Shown here: piece after piece, positions 50,764 through 64,000 of the stretch | How the letters are laid out: each line of letters starts with the position of its first letter | Numbering within the stretch: position 1 is the first letter of the stretch | Assembly (NCBI GenBank): GCA_002633005.1 | Contig: NMRA01000433.1 | Coordinates: 62,001 to 126,000 of the forward strand | DNA from: Phoronis australis | Taxonomy: Eukaryota; Animalia; Phoronida | Length of the DNA: 64,000 nucleotides | Reading direction: 5' to 3' | Made by a program: the position numbers and the translations under genes | The notes under the pieces: generated by a model | The model's input: only the letters and a program-made list of their open reading frames with translations | Told to the model about the DNA's origin: nothing | Database searches by the model: none

Positions 50764-51587
50764 CTAAAGCTTGTTGAAACACTGAAAATAAATTCAATGT
50801 CCCTAAGGTTTTCACGTGAAATAAAGTTATGAGAAATTGTAGTATCAAATGCAAACACAGAGTGAAAAAATGTCATAATGTTCGTTTGAATTTTGCATGA
50901 GTACAGTACGGACTCGTCATTAGTACAAGCGCAATCTAGTGCCAATTAAAAGTACTTCATTATAAATTTCACATCAGTACTCAAGATTACTGGCGATGAA
51001 AGTGTTGACATGTGTTACGTGGTAGAGGATTCATATTGTTGGATATAAATTGCATTTCTANTGCAAACAATCGAGGAAATCCGTGACATAGCCTTTATCA
51101 CTTTTTGCCTGGTCCATTCGTGGACGTGCTCTTAAGAACATCTGAGATGCCGTAAAGTACCGCATTTATCAAGACCAGTCAGCGGCAGAGTATGAGCTCG
51201 TAATGGCCAGGAAAGGTAAAATTTGTGGCTGAGCAGGACCAGTCGTGGAGTGAAATCATATGCGATGCCCACTGAAAAGAATTTGGTCCCGGTTTTCACC
51301 CAAGTAAAAAGTGTCTATACCCTGAACACCCAAGATCTTCCAGAAGAAAATTTGAACAAGGTACTGACTTCAAAATTTCACAGTGGATATTGGCTCAGTT
51401 TGGACAGGCTCAGAATTGGTTTCACCCGGATCCTTCGACTTCAAGAGCCACAAGATCAAGTGTCACAGTAATGGAGTTAAATGACCCAATTTAGTTTACC
51501 TAGTGCTCGCTATATATATACATGTACATTTTTTACATATTTCATCGTAGCTAATCGTAGTTTGTAGTGAAATGACAGTAGTCAGTC

Positions 51588-51711
51588 CAGTGGCGTAGCG
51601 AGTGCCTCCTAGCCCCTCGTCCACACCTCACTAAGTGGCGCTCACCCCCCCCCCCGCCCGCTTCGGTAGGCGGCCGGCGGCATCTGACCCTACCCCCTTG
51701 CTACGGCACAG
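51588..51711. mobile_element. Small hAT-type MITE
   Basis: Termini cagtggcgtagc ... gctacggcacag. The 8-bp flanks agtcagtc / cgtcagac match at 6 of 8 positions, like a decayed TSD. Confidence 0.65.
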
Positions 51712-52083
51712 CGTCAGACACTCGGTATGTTTGCTGTGAAGTCCAGACCGTTGTGTTGAATTGCATGTGTTTACCTAATGTACGGTTGTCGTGAACTGAG
51801 TCATTAATAAAATTGTCCTTCATGAATTGCTTTCTCTTGACCTTGAACGTTTGCCTGTTTGTACAGCTAATGATGGCACTGTCAGGAATATTCAACGTTG
51901 GGGTGGCCGGCGAGGATTAAGAAGACTAAAAATCGTACCAACCAGAGGGGACATTAGAACATGAACAAAAATTACACTGAGTTTTGACCGAGTTGATGAT
52001 TTTTTTGCACTGAATAGAGGGCTATTACCCCCATAGGAGCCTCCCTTCCTATGCCATTGGCTCTCACAACGACGATAAAGTAA

Positions 52084-55000
52084 TAGTCCAGGCCCTTAAC
52101 CCGAAAACATTTACAGGTAGGATTAAAGCACCACATTTGGCAAACTAGTACTTTTTGACATGCTGAATCTCATGGGGGTCGGTTGCCCAAATTTTGAGGT
52201 CAAGGTCAAGCTCAAATCTCAAAAAACAAAATGGGCGCCCAGTAACACAATCTGTGATTGCTTGAGAGATGATCACACATTTTAAGGTTAGGTAACAGTA
52301 CTTTATTAACTAGAAATCTATCATAATGACGTCGCAATATCTTTTTCTCATAATATTAAGACTCCTCATTTGCATAATTCTAATATGGCATAATATTAAG
52401 ACTCCTCATTTGCATAATTCCAATATGGCAGCCAAAATTTAACCGACCAACTGCAATTTTAACAAAATCATCTATTTTCATCTGATGCAAGACTAATAAC
52501 ACAACAACAAATAGGATTTCTTACCAAAATTTATTAGATTTATCATTAATTTGTACAATTATTATGAAAATTCAGTTGATGTTATGATAAAGAGACCAAT
52601 TTATATGCATAGAACTTGACAGACTACCAAAAACTCAGCTTTCAAAAATGTCGTTAGTATGCTTCTTCTAGCTCCTGTCTACATATAATCCGATTGTCAT
52701 CTGCTTATAATATCAACACAATAAAACAGATTAATCTAGACTCAAATTGTCATTGCAGACCACAAAATTCAATTAACATTATCACCTGTTCCTTTGGTCC
52801 ATAACAAACCATGTTACTGACATGCTCCCCGGTATTTGCTATGTATTGTGCATGCTAAGGAATTGCTTTAAATTTATATCTCTTGCCCCATGGTGGTATG
52901 CTCTTGCAACCATGAGCTGCTGGCCGGCTTTGGAGATTTCAGGCATGTCTATCCAGTAAGGTGTCCATTGTTGGCCCTTGTCACTCTACCATGCAAACCT
53001 CTATGGACTTGGTTTCCCGTGGATGGGCATCCGACTGCCAGCTTGATACAAGCATTTGTTAACTTGCTTTATCAGAGGAGATTGGGTAGGCGATAAATTT
53101 GGCATGATCTGAACTTTTTGTTGGAAAAGCTCCTTTCATAAAGTTTTGACTTTGCTGGTTTTGACTGTTCGATCATAAACGAAACATCTAAATGTCTCAA
53201 TTGTTTTGAATTCCTGACTGTCGACGGTGAGTTGCTGAAAGGAATTGATTGCCGACACGAGAATGCCTGAGTACCATCACGGTAAGCTTTTCATGTCTCC
53301 CATGCTGTTTTCTTCTCTTTTCCATTGAACTGGGACGTTGTGTCCAACCCTGTTAAGGCATGGAACATGGGTAGAGCTACACACAAATCATACCTAAGCT
53401 AGTATAACAAACTCTTGACGAAGAGTTCCCGCACCTTCTTTCCAGCTTTAACCACTACCCGTAATTGAATTGCTGACAGCAAAGCCTTAAGCTGATCAAC
53501 GACACCAAGAAGAACGACCACAACATCAGTATCAATTTTAGAAAAAAGTATTCTCTGATTACCTTTGATCAAAGCGTCCCCAATGTACAAGCACATACAG
53601 GTGTCCGACTCTCGGCGGTATGTCAGAACTAAAGCAAAGAACAGAGTGACCGTGGGTAACATATATCTTTTATCCTGGAGGATAGGCGATTGCTAAAGAT
53701 ATCTTTAGCTAACAGCATGAACAATTCCTCTTTATTCTTCGAGTTTGCAAGAAATTCTGGAAGTACAGAGACAGTTGCGTTTGGTGTGAAACTTTGGTAA
53801 GATCATCTGTACCTCTATCAGCGGTGGCCTTCAAGCTGTCTTCAGTGTAAGCATCAAACACAATGTCAACTCTACAGCAGTTGTGAAGGTTAGAATGTGC
53901 CTACTTAGCAGTTTTCACAGAACTGTCCGAATGTCGCGGATTCGTTTGGAGAAAATTTGCGCACAATAGCTGGCCCATCAAAGACTTTGACATCGACGGA
54001 TTCAGGAACGTCTGAATGAGGAAATTCCAAAATTTTGAGCAAGTGAGGGTAAACCGAGACTGTCGTTCTGGTTCAGGGATGGTGGCCAAGAATGATTCTC
54101 ATGTATAAGAAAACCATCCGTCTAGAATTTGACTAGCTATAAAAACCTGACTAAATAAGCTGCAGTCTTTCTTGATGTCATCCATGCGCTGCTGAGTCAC
54201 TCTTTTTGCTTCCCCGTTAGCTGTTTCGGAAACAACAAACTTGTTTTTCTTGATAGGGGTCTTTATTGGTTGGGACTTTTCAATTACGACTGTTTGCTTA
54301 TAGTTGTCATATTGCTGTTTTCCAGTCACTTCGATAGTTTGAAGACCTGTAGCGTATCTAACGTCATAAGTTCATCACCATGGTCAAAGAAAGGGCTTCC
54401 CTTTAGTTTGCTGAACTGACACCTCACACCACACAAACTGTTCACATGGTTTTTAAAGTTGTTCTGGAAGCATAGAATGTCTTTGTGGCGGTTTTTTTCC
54501 TCGTTATTGTCTTCAAAACGGTTGACAATCAAACTCAGTCAGCAACCTGGCTATAGCTCGGACCCAAACACCATTCACTCTATCAAAGCGTTTGGATTTT
54601 CAGTTAATCCAATAGCCCCACCACTGTCTTGGACTACGGCGTTATTTTCTTCATCCGCCTAGTCAATTGCAACAGCACAGAATCTCTGCCGTGTATTTGA
54701 AAACATCCATCAGATGCTGTCGTACGTTAACTGGTATAGCACTCACGTCTTGGATGTGGAGAGAGACCCATCTTGCATAATTTTAAAGGTCAAGAGCAAA
54801 GAAATAGGACACAAGAGATTCAAAGACATCAATGCACAGCGACAAGTTGCATTCACCATGAGCAAGGACGAGAATCAAGATCAGTACCAGGACATGTAAG
54901 ATAACATTCCAAAACTCAAATTTTGGAATTCTGATTGAGCTATCACTTTTCCTGCTGGAGACTCGACAGCACCTTCATTTTTCACAATAATAAATGGTTC

Positions 55001-56620
55001 TTCCTGTAGCTTTGCCAGAGACAGAGCTGTCACTTGGTGTGCATGTCTTGTTCGAGTCAAGTGTGAGGCTTGAAGAAAGGAATCAGCTCTGCCAGGTGTA
55101 GCCACTGAGGCCTCCTGAAGCAGGCGGTACGAATACGTCATAGTGACGTAACGAGAGCTGACGTATTGTTCCAGCTCAGGTAACCAACCGTCTTCGAAAA
55201 ATTTCTACTAATAGTGCCTATGGCCTGTTATTCAGAAAATCTACAGTCTTAATTGCTTTCAGGATGGTGGGTAACGTTTTAGAACAATAAATTGCAATTA
55301 CAAGTGGTTAATCTGGAGTAAGGGATTGCTCAAACAACTTGACCTTGGGAATAAGGTATTGCGGAATTAAAGCGTAATTTTTGTAGGTATTATTTATTGG
55401 AATGGGTTTCTTAGAAAATTGGTCTCTTAATTAGGCCTTATTAAACAACTTACATTGTAGGCTATTTATGCGAATACCTGCTGTAGTGATTTAAACAGGA
55501 AATCCCTACTCCTGTCTTCAGATGTGCTGAAGCCAACCAAAAGTATTATCTCCAATCAGTTAAAAGAATTTAGGATATATATTTATATACACAGTTAATC
55601 AAAAAAGTACCTACCTAAATTAGAATATCTCATTCAAAATAATACTACACGAACAATGAACTCGAGGTCAACATTATGCAAGTCTCAGAGCTGATGTCAC
55701 CTGTTTGGATACTGTTGTCCGAATGAGCAGAGGTCAGCTTCAGCTGTTAGACAATATGTCACCACAAACAATTAGATGGACGCAATTAATAATAAACATT
55801 TGTTTATACAACATGTTCCTCAAGACAATTAATTATGCCTGTATCTGTTTTAAAATATAGTGCAACAAGGAATTCACCTCATTAGGATACAAGTAAAACC
55901 TGGTGACTTTGTTGTTATTTCATCCTTCCGGTGAACCTTAAATTACCTAAATTACCTTAATTGGTTTAACTTAACCATCAAGTTCAAACTAAAATATAAA
56001 CACATTAATTAACAAAGTAACCTTTAGCTATGATCAAATTAAAAATGATGATAAAAGTTTCAGCAATTGTTCTTTGAAAATTTAGAAAAATGTCCGATTT
56101 CCTTTAATTACAGAGACGATATGTTACATAATTAATTATAAATATTTTGACAGAGACATTTAAAAATGAAGTTCTGTAAAAGGTTAACATTCTAGAGTTG
56201 ACTTAATGCATATTCATACTAGTTTGACAGTTTTTCTCCGCTAGAGAAAACAAATAGACTTAATTTCCATTGAAAATATATATGCTCTATTAATTATGAT
56301 AATTACCATCTTAAGTGTCTGGAAAATTACTTTTATGCTTTTAACTTGTTTTTAGAAGTTATCAACATTAATTTGAAATCAAAATAAAGTATCCGGCTTA
56401 TCACCTGACACAGCAATGAAGCAGATAGTTTGTGTCAAGTCATTTCAAAAAAATACCTACGTGACCTTTGACCTTGGTTTGACCTTGACCTTGACCCCAA
56501 ATTTCGGGCAAACGACCTTCATGAGATTCACGGTGTCCCAAAGTATCTGTGTACCAAATTTGGTGCTTTAATCCGGGGTGTAAATGTTTTGGGGTTTTTG
56601 GCTGCTAAGGGACCGGACTA
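52084..56620 (-). mobile_element. Academ-like DNA transposon, bounded but internally decayed
   Basis: ~130-bp imperfect TIRs starting TAGTCC and ending GGACTA, with TAA on both flanks (3-bp TSD). Internal minus-strand fragments: SHLTRTRHAHQVTA, GGAIGLTENPNAL, GSPFFD..LMTLDT, ESDTCMCLY..IDTDVVVVL, LPMFHALTGLDTTSQF..KKTAW (PIN/XPG-like region). Confidence 0.82.
52350..52430 (+). repeat. 40-bp tandem duplication inside the Academ-like element
   Basis: cataatattaagactcctcatttgcataattc(t/c)aatatgg x2. Confidence 0.85.
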
Positions 56621-59189
56621 TAAGGCAGATTCAGCTGGTGAATCGCGTCCACAGTCTCCCCGATAAGAAATAGCAACGCCATCTATTACTTAGACGAAGA
56701 ACGCGTGCTAGCCCTAATTTATGTAGACATAACTTTTTGTAAAAAGCAATGCCCATCAGTGTGGTTCTGAGAGAATGGTAATTAGCAGTGTCGCCTGATT
56801 TTTCTTTAAAATGCAAAGTTTTTATGTCGTTTTTGCAAGCTAATTACATGTTTCAAGAGGCCCCCTAGTGGTGCTTGAGGCAACTGAGAGCAGGCAAATA
56901 GGACGAAGTGCAGTTAGTGTAACGCTTCGTAAGCGAAAGATACGGGCGAGGCAAGATTCTTTTTCTTTTGAATGATGAAGAGGTTTGGAATGACTGAACA
57001 AATTATTTCATTATAAGTTCAGATTTTGAAATGGTGCAATATGGCTGCTACAGAATGCCAAACTTGGCCGAAAATGTCTTCAGTGAAAACTTGCAAAATA
57101 GCTCTTTTTGCCACACAAATTCAAAACATGCAAATTAAAAAAATAGTTTTAAAGGCTATTCCACGAAATCATTCAAACATAGTCCTTTAAAACCATATCA
57201 TTCATTTTGTTATCAGCTAGCTGTATATGTACATGCTAGTAAAATGCATTCAAACACGTCTACTTCGGCGCCCATTTTCGTTGCAAAATGGATGTACATG
57301 TCATAAAAAGAGAAATAATGTATGAAAATTCTTTAAAAACCAGATTTTCTACATCTCACCAAACCAAACCCATGAGCTAAGTCTCAAAAAATCTGGGATT
57401 TTGGGCATAGACTTTACTTGTTATAGACTCTTCCTCTTAATACGCTCCGAAAAACCTGCGCTTTACAAATTTTCTCATTCGTTTTTCGAAATACATGTAA
57501 GAATGGTAAGTGCACGTTTTCAAATGCGTTTAGACAACCTATGCTGCAAAGACCCGGCCTAGCAACAGTAGCATGGCCAGTGCCCTCAAAGGGTACGTCA
57601 TGCACTGGTACATTGCAGTTGACAAATGTTCTCTTTAATTTTCTCTCTTCTCTGTGTTTCGCTGTTTTTTTTCTGGACTTCCCCGGCCCCACGCTTAAGT
57701 CGTTTGCCACAGGTTAGCACTGACGCCAGCCAATCACTGAGGGGCACGTGCCTCCACCCACTTTCTGTGGTCCTGTCATGCATTCACTGAAGAAACAACG
57801 GTGGGGCGTCTAGAAAGCTTTTATATTTAATTAAGGAACACGGTTGCGTCCCCATTTAGTGCAGTTATACAAGCCCTCTATTTACTGGATGACAACCGTA
57901 CCATAAACGCAATATATTCGCCAAACCGCAAGGTCTTGCAAGTCTTCGTGATATATCTTCAAGAATTACAAGCAAAACATGTGATCACACCCACAACATT
58001 CACCAAGTAATTTCTACTCATTAGATGGAGAGGCAGTCTCGTGCATGAGTGTTCACCTAAAACTGCTGAACGACGTGTCGTGGAAATCGACATTTCGCGA
58101 GTTCGATCAAAAATAGCTCAGCAAAGAGATAATTTACGAGATACGGGAGCAGAGGATATGAAGTACAGTAATCAAAGGTAGAACTGTTTGCTTGGCATTG
58201 ATTTTGATGCCAGATATTATAAGACAATGCAGGGTTCATTACAGAAATACGTGGTTGCATGACTCGTCACATGTGGCATCAAATTTATGATGAACCAATA
58301 CCAAGGACTCATGCGTTACGTTATCCGAATATCTGCCCTTTCTCGTATCCATTTTTTCGTAGTGGTATCTTACTAAAGACATAAATCCACAGTTGGGATC
58401 TAAATTTTCGAATTATGTTAAGCCCCATGTCGCTAAAAATGCTGTCTTGATCAGATGCATTGTTGTGTTGGATTCTCCATGCAATGCAAACGTGTGACGT
58501 TTTAGCGTGCCCGTTGGCCCGAGCAATCACAGTGCGTCACTAATTTATTCGCCAATGACGTGGGCCGCGCTCCTGAAATTCTCCCTCCAATGATATGTAT
58601 TTTCTCATGGTAATACTCCATGTAGGGATGGCGTTTAAGTAAAACTGTTGGCCAGCGAAATTCACGAAATCACCCGAGTCTCCCGTGATATTGCCATCGC
58701 TTGGAAGCGAAACATGCACGCAATCTCATCTAATTTCCCTATATAATAAAGCGGTGCGTTGTATATGTACAACCACGCCCGAACCTGTTAACATAATTAC
58801 AATAAGTTTAAGATTTTTGGCCATGTTGTGGACAAAGACTATAATAATCGGTAGGTATGAACAATCGGTTTCCATAAAAAGAAAGATACACGGTGCATCA
58901 CGCCGCATACGCGTATGGTGTCAATATTGCCATGCTGCTCCCAGCAAATTGCAGAATGTCCTAATTTTTGTTACAACTTTCTTCTACAGTTTATATGTAC
59001 ATAGGACGAAGGTACATTTTCAAATAGAAAATTCTCGATAACGTGTTTTTGGCAAGCCAGTGACTGTTGTCGCCATTTAGTACTGGGATTCGAATGAAAC
59101 TGTACGCTCAGTCTAATGTTATGGGCAAATATTGGACACGGAATCTTTCGCCTACAAAATTAGTTTTCTTTAATTTCGTAAAACCACCT

Positions 59190-59345
59190 CTGTTGTGGTT
59201 AAAGCTCCGGACTCCCGCTTGGGAGACTTGTGTTCAAATCCTGGCTTCACTGGCTGACATTCGAGCATTGCACAAAGGTGTCTCCTATTCTTCTGAGCTC
59301 GGTCTTACTTGCGAATATGTGCAACGGAGTGAACGAGAACCTGGA
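59190..59345 (+). mobile_element. tRNA-derived SINE, copy 2
   Basis: gtggttaaagctccggactcccg..gttcaaatcctgg..actggctgacattcgagcattgcacaaaggtgtct..tcggtcttact aligns with 1480..1636. Confidence 0.7.
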
Positions 59346-61330
59346 TATAATGCGAAAGCGATTTCTGGCGCTTTGCTCACATTTAAATCTTATTAACTTC
59401 TGTTGTCCTCAAAACATGTTACACAGGGGCGAAACCCATTTTATGGTCACGCCTCCAAAATCCAGCTACTGCCCGTCCGCGACCGGCAGACATCAAACTT
59501 GCAGAAAACAATCCCAGCAGCTTCCCGGCACTGTACATGTAACTTGGTCACCGGGACCGAAGTTAGTTCGGCGAGTGTCTGCTAGTTCAGGAGTGGGGTC
59601 TTATTGGGACGCAGCTGGAATTTAAGGCGAAGCCATGCAGTCGTGTCCATCGTCTGACCTTTTGACACGGTGAAGTCAGTATTCTGCAGTAAATTCTTAA
59701 TCGCAAGCTCCACGATTATCGATTTGATATAATATTACCATCAGTTCTAGCAATTCTAATACCAGCTAATACACTTCTATAGCAAACGAGTGTGGTAATG
59801 AGGCTAATAGTAATTGTCTGCGTGGAGAGATTAAATTTACTACAACAGCGAATTTGAAATGCTCGAGCTGATGTTTTGGCTACAAACTGCTTGGTGCTCG
59901 TTTTATCAATGGTGTTCTACGTTAAAAACTTCACAAAATGTGTTATCTTAATGTGGGTAATGACGCTGGGGAACAGTTGGGATAAAAAATCCGAACATGG
60001 TGCAAATTTTGCATCCTTTTCGTATCCTAATTTCGGTTACGCGATATTTTCACTTGCTAAGCATGTTCCTATCATATTCACTGCGAAAAAGTTGCGCAAT
60101 GCAACACTGTTTCAATTGCCTGTCTTGTAACTCTGGCTTTTCAAACATGGCCAAAGATTTTAAACATGGATCCGGGTTTTTCAAACACGGCTCAATTTTT
60201 CCAAACATGGTACAGCAGCACTTTCGGAAATATGAACGGAGGTGAACACTCTAATTATTCAAACAGAATCACAAAAACGACATGATGGTTTCGTGAATTC
60301 TATTTCAGCTTTGATTCGTGTCCTGATTTTTAATAGCACCATATGTACATGTAAACTTAAATATTTAACAAACACTTCCAAGCATGTTGCAAAGATCAGT
60401 GGATAAATCATGCAACCTGAAAACATCGGAATTTATCCAAATTTTGACAAGTGTCAGGGGTCACTTGTAAACTGACGTGTTGTGTTACCAGATCAGCCTA
60501 AATGAAACAATAAGAAGGAGTATGACCTTAGTGCAGAACGTTTAGGGTTAAGTTAAGTGTTACAAACGGTTAGGGTTAGGATCATAGGGTCGGTGTTACG
60601 GTTAGGGTGCGGCAACAGGGTTGAGCATGAGTTCACGAGATTTCACTCTCTTCTGATTTTGTCCGGCGTGATTAAGCCAAACCTTTTAGACTTTAGCAAA
60701 AAAGTACATTGTATGAACGTAATTACATAAGTGTGATTCCAATCGCTGACTTTCGAAGTAGCTGCGCTATAATGAAAGTCCCTATCCCGCTAGACGGCGA
60801 TCAGGTCTTAGGTGGACAGGCATTCAGCGCCACCTACACTTCCTGTGTAATGCGGATGGGAGGTTTCAACCTACGGGTGTCAACAGCGTTTTAATACCTT
60901 TCCTGCAATCATAGATGATAATGCCGGCAAATTTCCAGTTGCTCGGCGGAGTACATTAATGGCTCACGAAAAGAGGCAGTTGTCTTGAGTCGAATGGAGG
61001 GAGGACACCATTCTCCATACGTCTCCCTCTGCGAAGAACTTTCGCACTGTGCTAATTTGGTGACTGCTACGACTGATAAAACGGGAGAATATCGATCCCA
61101 GCGGACTTCAAAAAACAAACATAAATTAATGAACTCAATCTAATCGAACTATGGGAAGAGCTGACAATTTGATTTTCCCTTGGGATTGATGAACCACTAT
61201 GCTGTAATTAGCTTTCTGTCCACCAAATCTTTGTAAGGACCAAGCGGAAATAGCTTTCGCTCTCTAATTACCCTTGAAGCCTCCAATATGACAAGACCGC
61301 TATTCTGATCCAAATAGCCTTGGAATGGGA

Positions 61331-62527
61331 TCAGGAGAACACCATGCGGTTAAATGTTTCTTCTACTTTCTTGAGCAAAAATCTGTCACTGGGACACACG
61401 CGGTATCCCGTTTGTTTAGTGGTCATTAATCTCCACAAAAGGGCAATTTCGTCCGGTGATAATCCGTGAGCTGTTGCTAACACCCTCTTGTATATACACT
61501 CATCGTACGGAACTGGAACGTATGTAAATCCCTCGTAGTTCGTGACTTTCACTCTTGCTCGTTTAGCGCACTCTCCGAGGTATGCATCCTCAATGTGCAT
61601 TATTGGCACTTTCTTGCTGGCTTTTAAGATTGCCTGAGCGCTCCGTCTGGACAGAACGTAACCCGAACCGCTTGCATACGGGGGGAACTGTTCGGGTTTG
61701 TATTCTTTTCGTGACAGAAAATATTTTTCCATTTCTGGACTATACTCACGGATAGGATATCCGTCCGTCCATAATCGCCCCATGAATAGATTGTTGTTTG
61801 TTCTGCTAATCTTTGCACCGTCTATGGCTTTAAGGACATTTTTGTAGATCACAAGCATGTCGTCGTCAGTCTTCATGAAGAATTTCACATCACCACAAGA
61901 ACGTAGAAAATAATTTAATGAAGCTACTGTCTTCAAACTCAAATTATAGTATGAATCTACAAAGTCAAATTGTATAATGTCGTTGAAGTAGTCACTTTCG
62001 TGCTCAATGTTTTTCTGCAAATTGATGTCTTCTGTTGACCCCAGAACAAAATATGTACCAACGGTTCTATTACCTACAGACTGCACTCGGGACCATGTTT
62101 GTCTCACTAATCCCCGCCAATGACTGTTTTCAGGTCGAGAATGGATAAAAACGGCTAAATATCTGTACCTCTGTTGCCCTGAACACCTTAAATTTTCTCC
62201 AACAATAACCGGAAAATTGTCCAGATTTTTGTGAATCCAGGGAGGTATTCGCACAAGCTGTGATACGTCGACATAATCGATTTCATTTACCGGATTTCTT
62301 GGTCTTTCAGGAAGTATGTCCAATTCCCGTTCATACCTACCATCCCTGCTGACGAAGCGATGGTCATTAAGCTTATTTCTCGGCCTCGTCAACATTGGTA
62401 TTACTGAGTTCGCCTCCTCTCCCCACTGCAGGACACTTGTTACGAGATGTTCAGCAATAGAAACGATCACAACGACCAGGACGAGTACGAGCACTTGTCG
62501 AACGTGTGGCTTTCGGTGAAACTTCAT
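61331..62527 (-). CDS. GT31 beta-1,3-galactosyltransferase-family protein (B3GALT/B3GNT/brainiac-like), single coding exon, type II membrane
   Basis: Likely start is the ATG at 62527 (MKFHRKPHVRQVLVLVLVVVIVS, N-terminal TM). Motifs: VRQTW, FVLG, DIIQFDFVDSYYNLSLKT, FMKTDDD (DxD), FPPYASGSGYVLS, IEDAYLG. 398 aa. Confidence 0.93.
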   Translation of the reverse strand: MKFHRKPHVRQVLVLVLVVVIVSIAEHLVTSVLQWGEEANSVIPMLTRPRNKLNDHRFVSRDGRYERELDILPERPRNPVNEIDYVDVSQLVRIPPWIHKNLDNFPVIVGENLRCSGQQRYRYLAVFIHSRPENSHWRGLVRQTWSRVQSVGNRTVGTYFVLGSTEDINLQKNIEHESDYFNDIIQFDFVDSYYNLSLKTVASLNYFLRSCGDVKFFMKTDDDMLVIYKNVLKAIDGAKISRTNNNLFMGRLWTDGYPIREYSPEMEKYFLSRKEYKPEQFPPYASGSGYVLSRRSAQAILKASKKVPIMHIEDAYLGECAKRARVKVTNYEGFTYVPVPYDECIYKRVLATAHGLSPDEIALLWRLMTTKQTGYRVCPSDRFLLKKVEETFNRMVFS

Positions 62528-64000
62528 GCTCGACTCGGGAACAGACCCCCTTCTCCCAGTCAACAAAATATCACCATGGGTCCATTTACGCTGGGAACCA
62601 CTAGTAGTTCCAAGATCTACGCAAGTCGCGGTCCCGCTTAGTGCAGTAACGCACACTACTACTTTTCATTGTTCAGCTGACAGTCTTGCTGCTTTACGCC
62701 AACTCGCTCAATCGCATACATCCAATTTAACTAATAGGCAGTCAGTAGTCATAAATCATTAAGCGTCACAAAGTAGTAAACATACACTCGAGGTGCAGCG
62801 TGACACGCTTTCTACCGTTTGTGGTTTGCCCTATTTTGATGATGCTGTATAGTATAAAAACATATACCTAGAATATCACGTCATACCAGTGCATTCAGGT
62901 AGGCCAAGGTTTAATGCAGCGTCCACGTTAAACTCCCCCATGATGTACTTTGTCGATTAACAGGCGAGTTCTCAACTCTTGCCATCCGTGGGGAGCGAAA
63001 GGGTGCGTTTTTAGGCTTCCAAATTGGGAACTTATCTGGACCAAACAGGTGTAGTGGTTGCATAGTAAAGCATAATTAGGCTACAAAACTGACGATGCGA
63101 AGAAAGCCGAGCGAACATCTCAAGCAATTTGGCTTTTGATTCCGCATGGTGAATTCTCTGGAATGACGCACGATATAATTTTACACTGGTCTAAATTGAC
63201 CACCCCTCTTTTAGAACCTCATTCAGGAGGAATATCCCTTCTTTTGTGTTTGATCAGGTTCTTATCAATTGCCATTGCTATATTTACAAAAGAGTGGAAA
63301 GCTGATTGACCTAATACAATCGATCGGTCAGGACCTACATGTACACGGTATTCATAAAGCAATTCTGTTTGCTGACGCATAATGACGCATAATAAGAACT
63401 CGTGGGTATGGTTATTCCGATTTAGGGCACTGCAGCTTACCAGGAAAGAGGAATTTTTGAAAGATGTAGCTAAGTTTTCCGTCTTCGTCAGTGTATGTTT
63501 TCTTATGGTTAGCTTTACCGATAACACATATGGTTGGAGTCTAACAGATTATTTTTAGTTTCCGAAAGGAGAAAAAAAACACAGTTTCATTGAATTTTAT
63601 CTCAATGTGCGAGTGAAACCGGTTTCTAAAGAGCTTTAGTCATTACCAAACGGAAAGGAGTAGAATTCAACGCAGTGTAATACGCCGCAAGGGTTTGCGT
63701 TACTACAATACAACGCAATGATTTACGTTACAGGATAAACGAGGTGAAACTATTCACAATCTTGACTCAACAGAGAACCCTATACAATCAGCTACTTCCC
63801 GATATTAAAAAATATGGCGCACTTTCAACATAGACGTAGCACATCACATCTGACGCAAACAAGTCAAGATATTTTTGAAATTCATCCTGGTACGGGAATT
63901 GGAGATAGTTAGGCCTATAAAAGATCGCGCACAATACCAGTGACTGCTGGCAACTCATAAGAGACACAACTTTAACATCTTTCGCCGCAGAGATAATAAC

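Noticed and set aside
51773-51927. Possible exon upstream of the CUB exon (LNIPDSAIISC...RTLG|gtaaac)
   Set aside because: There is an in-frame stop after the candidate acceptor, no CUB similarity, and its phase-1 donor is incompatible with the phase-2 CUB acceptor.
60540-60622. TTAGGG-like tract suggesting an interstitial telomere
   Set aside because: Short and highly degenerate; such ggttaggg tracts are common inside invertebrate repeats.
62528-62656. N-terminal extension of the GT31 ORF from a GTG start
   Set aside because: Non-ATG start; the ATG at 62527 directly precedes the basic tail and TM helix typical of Golgi type II enzymes.

Overview
This is eukaryotic (animal) genomic DNA with GT-AG introns, AT-rich and repeat-dense; a marine invertebrate draft assembly is my inference. 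It contains three N-gaps and several single-n contig joins. Most entries in the ORF track are spurious. Genes found, all on the minus strand: (1) two tandem GH3-domain (GHDC-like acyl-adenylate/amido-synthetase fold) paralogs. Gene B is complete, with 6 coding exons across 12731..30947 (1938 nt, 645 aa, splice phases consistent). Gene A shows exon 1 at 2691..2811 and exon 2 from 1183 running off the window start. Both have hydrophobic N-termini. (2) An orphan CUB-domain exon at 50573..50763 and a possible coiled-coil exon near 41 kb. (3) An intronless GT31 beta-1,3-glycosyltransferase at 61331..62527. The rest is a mosaic of mobile DNA: a decayed L1/Tx1-like LINE flanked by 62-bp direct repeats, a bounded Academ-like transposon, a TTAA-flanked element with a triplicated end, hAT and THAP remnants, tRNA-derived SINEs and many MITEs. 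The palindrome TACATGTA is strongly over-represented, and one filled/empty pair in a duplicated segment suggests it is a Tc1/mariner-type excision footprint.
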